A stretch of 64,000 bases of DNA from a virus (Duplodnaviria; Caudoviricetes), in IMG/VR virus record IMGVR_UViG_3300032038_000003, positions 146,315 to 210,314 of that record; one strand, given 5' to 3'. Each line of letters starts with the position of its first letter. Within the stretch, counting starts at the first letter, position 1. This document shows, one piece after another, positions 59,228-64,000 of this stretch. The notes under the pieces are model-generated. The model worked only from the letters and a program-made list of their open reading frames with translations, did not search any database and was not told where the DNA came from. A program made the position numbers and the translations under genes.

Positions 59228-60181
59228 TTATTTCTTTCTTAATAACGAGTTCACATTGGCAGTAGTATTAGCAAAAAGTTTTGCATTATTGTTAAAGTAT
59301 CCACTTGCTCCGCCTCCAATACCGCCAAGAGTACCGCCGATTAATCCACCTTTTAATGCTCCACCGATAAATGTATCATCTTCATCAATGCCACCAGCAA
59401 CACCACCTATTACTGCACCCCCAACAGAACCCATAATTGCTCCTTGAGCAGCACCACCAAGAGTATTAGCTTTTTTAGAAACTTTATTGACAGCATCATC
59501 AATTAAATCATTTCTAAATACTTCTTTAGCTTCTTCTAATGTATAACCACCAAAGTTTTTTGCTATATGATCATTTGTAATTTTATTTGCAACTTTTTCT
59601 CCAATATCATCTATCTTATCTGCAAAATCTTGTGCTGATGCACCAACATTTTTAATGAGTCCTTTAGCTCCACCTTCAACTGCTTCATTTGAAGCACCTT
59701 TAGCGATTCCACCAGCAATTTTGGTGATATTATTTCCAAAAAGACCACCAACGATAGCACCGCCAGTTATGCCAGCTAATGCACCAGTAACAATCATTCT
59801 ATTTTGGTTGTCTTCATCTGCACCAGTAGCCATGCCAGTAATACTGCCTATACCAGCACCACTAATACCACCAATTGTAGAACCGATAAGTGCATTTTTT
59901 CCTCTGGAACTTTTTACTTTTTCTTCAACTATATCTTCAACGGCATCAGCAGCTCCATTTTTTGCTGCCTTTTTCTCAGTCTCTCCCATAAACACCAACG
60001 CTGATTCGGCGGCATGACTTCCATTTTGTGCAGCTTTTTTTGCAGCTCGCTTACTCAATTTTTCAGTGGCACCAAGAACGGCTTCAGCGGCAGCATTCGT
60101 TGTGCCTTTTTCCGCAGCTTTTTCAACGGCTTTTACGGCTATATTATCAACTTTATTTAAAGTTTTATTTATTAAGCCCAT
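59228..60181 (-). CDS. Glycine-zipper membrane protein (two hairpins)
   Basis: Two Gly-zipper hairpins with acidic loops; the second is nearly identical to the one in 58588-59214. Confidence 0.6.
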   Translation of the reverse strand: MGLINKTLNKVDNIAVKAVEKAAEKGTTNAAAEAVLGATEKLSKRAAKKAAQNGSHAAESALVFMGETEKKAAKNGAADAVEDIVEEKVKSSRGKNALIGSTIGGISGAGIGSITGMATGADEDNQNRMIVTGALAGITGGAIVGGLFGNNITKIAGGIAKGASNEAVEGGAKGLIKNVGASAQDFADKIDDIGEKVANKITNDHIAKNFGGYTLEEAKEVFRNDLIDDAVNKVSKKANTLGGAAQGAIMGSVGGAVIGGVAGGIDEDDTFIGGALKGGLIGGTLGGIGGGASGYFNNNAKLFANTTANVNSLLRKK

Positions 60182-60191
60182 ACTAATCTCC

Positions 60192-60557
60192 TTATCCTAC
60201 GGTAAATCCACCACGATTTCTATAACCAGACTCAGGCTGCTTACCATAACGAATTTTATTTTTCATTTTTTGATATACATTTTTATTGGAAGTATTAGTA
60301 TGACCGCTTAGAATTGTTCTTCCATAAACATCATAGCCAGATTGTGCCATTCTGTATTGGAGATTAACATCACCAGATGTTAGAGAATCAAACGAAGCCC
60401 TATTATATTGAGAATATTTGTTCTTGGCAGTTTCAGTTTCGATACGAATTTGTTTAGCAAGTTCTGCTTTGACATCTCTATCTTGTAGGATCACGTTTAT
60501 AATGTATTGTGCTGTTGCTCTATCAAGACCTAATCCACCTATCATGTTATATTCCAC
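60192..60557 (-). CDS. Hypothetical protein
   Basis: 121-aa ORF, coupled to its neighbours. Confidence 0.5.
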   Translation of the reverse strand: MEYNMIGGLGLDRATAQYIINVILQDRDVKAELAKQIRIETETAKNKYSQYNRASFDSLTSGDVNLQYRMAQSGYDVYGRTILSGHTNTSNKNVYQKMKNKIRYGKQPESGYRNRGGFTVG

Positions 60558-60915
60558 TCCATTTATCTAATGTATCGGATAACATATTTGCTAACGTATC
60601 GTATATATTCGTAGTCTGTTCATCTGTAAAAGAAATTCCTCTATCAAGCATATTTAAGTTTTTCATATTTTGAGCAGAATTTGCTCTTTTCCATATTTTT
60701 GTTGCTTTTTGCATTTTGTCTTCTCCAAAAAGCTCTATACCTTCTTCCCATGCATTGTTTTTATATAATACATCTTCCATTGAGCCAAAGATATATTTAC
60801 TTGCATTTGGATGACTAATATTTTTAAGTGCTTGACTAGATGCTTTTTTGCTAAAATTTTTTACACCGTTTTGATATTGCTCTAAAAAGAATTTCCCTAT
60901 CTGTTTTGTCTGCAT
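60547..60915 (-). CDS. Hypothetical protein
   Basis: 122-aa ORF with GGAG RBS. Confidence 0.5.
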   Translation of the reverse strand: MQTKQIGKFFLEQYQNGVKNFSKKASSQALKNISHPNASKYIFGSMEDVLYKNNAWEEGIELFGEDKMQKATKIWKRANSAQNMKNLNMLDRGISFTDEQTTNIYDTLANMLSDTLDKWSGI

Positions 60916-61190
60916 AATTGCTCTCCTTTGTTTATTTTAACAGCACATGCTGGACAACATATTCCAGGTTCTTCCTTTCTTCGAATATAATAAGTTGATT
61001 TGCAATTAGGACATACCACTGCTTTGTCCTTTCTCATATCCTTATTATACGTAGGAATGTTATATGCTTTTCTTATTTTTTGTACAGATACTCTGTTGTA
61101 CTCAATGATCGCAGCAATCTCTGCATCACGAAGACCTTCTTCTTGAGATAATCTTCTTACCTCATTTACAATTATTGGGCTTGTTTTCAT
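60897..61190 (-). CDS. HTH plus Zn-ribbon DNA-binding protein (candidate late regulator)
   Basis: GLRDAEIAAIIEYNRVSVQKIRK HTH; CPNC..CCPAC. Confidence 0.65.
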   Translation of the reverse strand: MKTSPIIVNEVRRLSQEEGLRDAEIAAIIEYNRVSVQKIRKAYNIPTYNKDMRKDKAVVCPNCKSTYYIRRKEEPGICCPACAVKINKGEQLCRQNR

Positions 61191-61240
61191 AATGCTATCT
61201 CCTTATACATAAAATGTAGCTTATTTTTACTTTTTAATTG

Positions 61241-61269
61241 ATTATAACCAATCAAGAGTATTTTCGCAA
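61241..61269 (-). promoter_or_regulatory. Sigma70/SigA-type promoter
   Basis: TTGCGA-17 nt-TATAAT on the minus strand, upstream of the HTH gene. Confidence 0.65.
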
Positions 61270-61279
61270 CATCTTATAC

Positions 61280-61313
61280 AAAAAAGTAGGCTAAGCATCT
61301 GCACTTAGCCTAC
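61280..61313 (-). terminator. Intrinsic terminator
   Basis: gtaggctaag-N8-cttagcctac followed by T6 on the minus strand. Confidence 0.8.
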
Positions 61314-61460
61314 CCTCTTGGAAAGGAGATCAGCCAAAGTAGCAAGACTGATGCGAATAGTAGTTTTAGTCCTATCCCAATATGGATATCATGAAAGTAT
61401 GATAATCGGGTTTAAATTTATTTATAAGAAAGGAGGTCACATGGAAACCTATTCTCATAG
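61280..61460 (-). ncRNA. Candidate ~180-nt sRNA with two anti-SD motifs
   Basis: Promoter-like motif at 61461-61486, terminator at 61280, several hairpins, ACCUCCUUUC and CUCCUUUCC motifs, no convincing ORF. Confidence 0.4.
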
Positions 61461-61522
61461 CTTTATTATATACAAGAAATAAGAATAAAGCAATTTTAAA
61501 TCTTAAACCCAATGTGAAATTC

Positions 61523-61711
61523 TTATTCTTCTGATTTTGTTAGATCATGATGAAAGAGATAGTCTTTAATTTCATCATATGAGTAGTCGGTTTTATATTT
61601 AGCATAAACAGTAGAATAAGCTTGCAGAATGTTCATCTGCTTTTTCCCATACATCAAATCGTAAACAAGTTGAGCAGTTTCTTGTATGGTTAATTCTGTG
61701 TTCTTTTTCAT
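61523..61711 (-). CDS. Hypothetical protein (62 aa)
   Basis: AAGGAGGTG RBS. Confidence 0.6.
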   Translation of the reverse strand: MKKNTELTIQETAQLVYDLMYGKKQMNILQAYSTVYAKYKTDYSYDEIKDYLFHHDLTKSEE

Positions 61712-62258
61712 ATAAACACCTCCTTACAATTTATAATATTACAAATTAAAATGCCAAAATGCTATCTCTAAATTTCCCAAGGACATAGAAGAAAAAACGC
61801 CGCCCATTGTAGATCATTTCTGTATACGAATACTATAATTAATTTTCCAGATATAGGATTAATTTTTATATATATATTTTTTGGGCGAAGCCCAAAAATT
61901 TCGCAATTTTCAAATATATTCTACCCCACCCCCTTCCCCCTTAACAGTATAATACGGCTCCCTTGGGAGCAACGTCTTTAGACTGTTTCCCCGTAAGAAT
62001 ATAAGAGAATGTCATCTTATTTGATCAGTTAAGACGTTCTTTATCTGGTCTTATATAAAAGTGTAGTGTTAAGCTACATTTTGCTCTTATATATCTAAAT
62101 ATAGATATATTTTTTGAAGCAACCACGTTTATATATTTTCAGTGCTTCTTTAGTTCGAAACCCTACCCCCTTACACAGAAAGAAAAGAATTCTTTTCAGT
62201 GCATCCAAGGGTAGAAAACATTATTGCACCTATGCGTCAAATAGGAGAAGGAGACACT

Positions 62259-62765
62259 ATGTTAAAGAGCATTATCATCGCAACACTTGGAGTAGCAGTA
62301 GTAGCAACAGTAGTTGAAGCTGTCAGAGAGATGAAGGCAGTGGGAGCTAAGAAAGAGGACTTCATTACCCATACAGAGATCGTCAACGGTACATATATGG
62401 GTGAGCGTAAGACATGGAATGTAAACGGAGTCAGTGTAATAGGAGTATATTCTCCTATCACAGTAGCTGTATCTAATTCACTGTACGCATCAGCTAACTA
62501 TGACGCATATGGCAATGCGGTCATGGTATATGACAAGAACTTTACAGAGCTGACAGAGGAAGAACAGTACGCAGTAGCATGTCACGAAGCTGGTCATCTG
62601 TACTATAAGCATGATTGGCGTGTGCGTAAGCTTGAGAATGAGCTACAGGCAGATGCATATGCAGTGGCAATCGTAGGAAAGAGTACTATGCTCTCTACAC
62701 TCAATAAGATCCTTGCTCGTAAGAGAAGAGATAAAGAACTGGTAGCACGTATCAATGCTATCTAA
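62259..62765 (+). CDS. Membrane-anchored zinc metallopeptidase (M48/HtpX-like HExxH)
   Basis: LTEEEQYAVACHEAGH..ELQADAYA; N-terminal TM; start reassigned to the ATG after GGAGAAGGAG. Confidence 0.75.
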   Translation: MLKSIIIATLGVAVVATVVEAVREMKAVGAKKEDFITHTEIVNGTYMGERKTWNVNGVSVIGVYSPITVAVSNSLYASANYDAYGNAVMVYDKNFTELTEEEQYAVACHEAGHLYYKHDWRVRKLENELQADAYAVAIVGKSTMLSTLNKILARKRRDKELVARINAI

Positions 62766-62777
62766 TACAACTGAATA

Positions 62778-62804
62778 GACCTAAGCATGTCATTAAACTG
62801 CTTA
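62778..62804 (+). ncRNA. Compact H-type pseudoknot RNA motif
   Basis: GAC/GTC stem; loop TAAGCA pairs with downstream TGCTTA; TAAAC linker. Confidence 0.5.
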
Positions 62805-62857
62805 TACTATTAACCCTATATTATGGTGAACCCTACCTAGTGGGAGAAGGAGACATT

Positions 62858-63262
62858 ATGTTTAAGTTTTTCAATGCACAGGCAACTAACAACACAAACA
62901 GCAACAAGGAGGATAAGACAATGACAAGAAAAGAAAGATGGATGGCAAACATCCACAAGGGCCAGGATCTTGGCTGTAAGGCGGCTCACAAGACTGGTTA
63001 TGGTCTTGGCTATGCTACTACTACTGTTAAGGAAGAAGTCAGCTATGCAGCTCGTAAGGTTGCAAAGACCGTTTCTGAGACCAGAGTAGCACAGGAAGTA
63101 CGTGATGGTTACTATGATGGTAAGAACGATGCTGGATACGCTTTTGCACAGAGATGCATCAAACGTGAGGAAAAGGCTCGTGAGAAGGCTAATGCAAAGG
63201 CTGCTGAGGCTGCTGTAGAGGAGCTTATGGACGAGTTCGAGGATGCTCTTGATGGAGAGTGA
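62858..63262 (+). CDS. Hypothetical early protein (alternative start at 62921)
   Basis: GGAGAAGGAG RBS; second AAGGAGG before MTRK. Confidence 0.6.
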   Translation: MFKFFNAQATNNTNSNKEDKTMTRKERWMANIHKGQDLGCKAAHKTGYGLGYATTTVKEEVSYAARKVAKTVSETRVAQEVRDGYYDGKNDAGYAFAQRCIKREEKAREKANAKAAEAAVEELMDEFEDALDGE

Positions 63263-63267
63263 TGCTA

Positions 63268-63334
63268 GTCGAAACCCCCTTTATATAAGGGGGTCTATGG
63301 GAGATGACCTACCCATACTGATGATGACAGGTCA
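63268..63334 (+). ncRNA. Hammerhead ribozyme, type II with pseudoknot
   Basis: GAAA 63271-74, stem III, GUC cleavage triplet ending 63295, stem I, CUGAUGA 63318-24, stem II GTC/GAC, loop TGACCT pairs with 3' AGGTCA. Confidence 0.88.
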
Positions 63335-63445
63335 ATATCGCACAACGTAGGCAGTAGCGACCCTACACAAATAAGGACCTAGACTCACTAGGATAGAACT
63401 ATTAATTTGCACAACCCTATGAAGAATAGGGAGAAGGAGACTAAC

Positions 63446-64000
63446 ATGGCTAAAGAGTTAACAAAGATGAGCGAGAGAGAGATTTTCGACAGAATGAATG
63501 CACTTGCACACAAATACGATCCGTTCATACAGTACATTGACGACTACAAGCAGTTTAAAACTGCTGAAATTAAGAACAAGGAAGCCAGTGAAGAATGGGA
63601 TACTATCTGCACATATATTGGTGTAGAGAATGCAAGTATCCGTACATATGCAGAGGATATTGATTGCATCAAGGAGAACTTAGGATATCTTTTTGCAGAG
63701 TCAAAAATGTTTAGTAAGAATAAGGAGGATAAGGATATGATGAACATGACAGTTAAGGAACTTAAGGCAGTTGCAAAGGAAGTAGGAGTAAAGGGATACT
63801 CTAAGATGAACAAGGCTGATCTGGTAGCAGCTATCCAGTTCTTCACCAATGAAGAGCGTAAGGAGTCTGAGGCAGTAGTAGCTCCTGTTATCGAGGAGCC
63901 TGTAGTTGAGGAGCCTGTAGTGGAAACAGTAGTAGAGGAAAAGGAAAATAAGGAGGTTTCTATGAAAGAGAAGTACATGGATGCAAAGTGGGATAAGTTG
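63446..64000 (+). CDS. Early protein containing a Rho N-terminal-like (HeH) nucleic-acid-binding domain (runs off the window)
   Basis: Not in the ORF track; ATG 63446 after GGAGAAGGAG; MTVKELKAVAKEVGVKGYSKMNKADLVAAI at ~63746-63835. Confidence 0.75.
   Translation, partial: MAKELTKMSEREIFDRMNALAHKYDPFIQYIDDYKQFKTAEIKNKEASEEWDTICTYIGVENASIRTYAEDIDCIKENLGYLFAESKMFSKNKEDKDMMNMTVKELKAVAKEVGVKGYSKMNKADLVAAIQFFTNEERKESEAVVAPVIEEPVVEEPVVETVVEEKENKEVSMKEKYMDAKWDKL

Noticed and set aside
123-60311. Many short plus-strand ORFs and alternative-frame minus-strand ORFs in the track
   Set aside because: They are shadows of long, RBS-led minus-strand genes, with no RBS or recognisable motifs
61920-61942. 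Canonical G-quadruplex on the minus strand
   Set aside because: Only three G-runs; kept only as a compositional anomaly
63544-63978. 144-aa minus-strand ORF (also 62114-62317 and 62237-62461)
   Set aside because: Antisense to or overlapping the real plus-strand genes; 63446 onward has an RBS and a Rho_N-like domain
1-64000. DGR reverse transcriptase/template repeat, tRNA genes, integrase
   Set aside because: No YxDD RT ORF, second VR copy, cloverleaf or recombinase found by eye; a tool scan could still find weak cases

Overview
The window is part of a large, AT-rich lytic myovirus genome, probably infecting a Clostridia/Lachnospiraceae-type host (AGGAGG RBSs, a Lachnospiraceae-style cell-wall-binding domain fragment). 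Positions 1 to ~61.7 kb are a contiguous minus-strand late/morphogenesis region. In transcription order it holds: an HTH/Zn-ribbon regulator, glycine-zipper proteins around a putative TerS, TerL, portal, prohead protease with nested scaffold, a capsid-associated protein, major capsid protein, Ig-like and other virion proteins, a long paralogous fibre module ending in an Mtd-like adhesin, neck proteins, two sheath paralogues, four tube-fold genes (three with peptidoglycan-binding domains), twin tail chaperones, a 2154-aa tape-measure-like protein with degenerate nuclease folds, and the start of a DEDDh-exonuclease-containing protein. After a structured non-coding divider (~61.75-62.2 kb), a plus-strand early-type region begins. 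Highlights missed by the ORF track: a complete pseudoknotted type II hammerhead ribozyme (63268-63334); an adenine-depleted DGR variable region with no TR/RT in the window; a candidate ~180-nt anti-Shine-Dalgarno sRNA; an orphan endolysin SH3-like fragment; a repeated late-promoter 14-mer; a repeated early leader motif; and a GCGAAGC mini-hairpin near the likely genome end. All calls come from reading the sequence by eye; no database searches were run.
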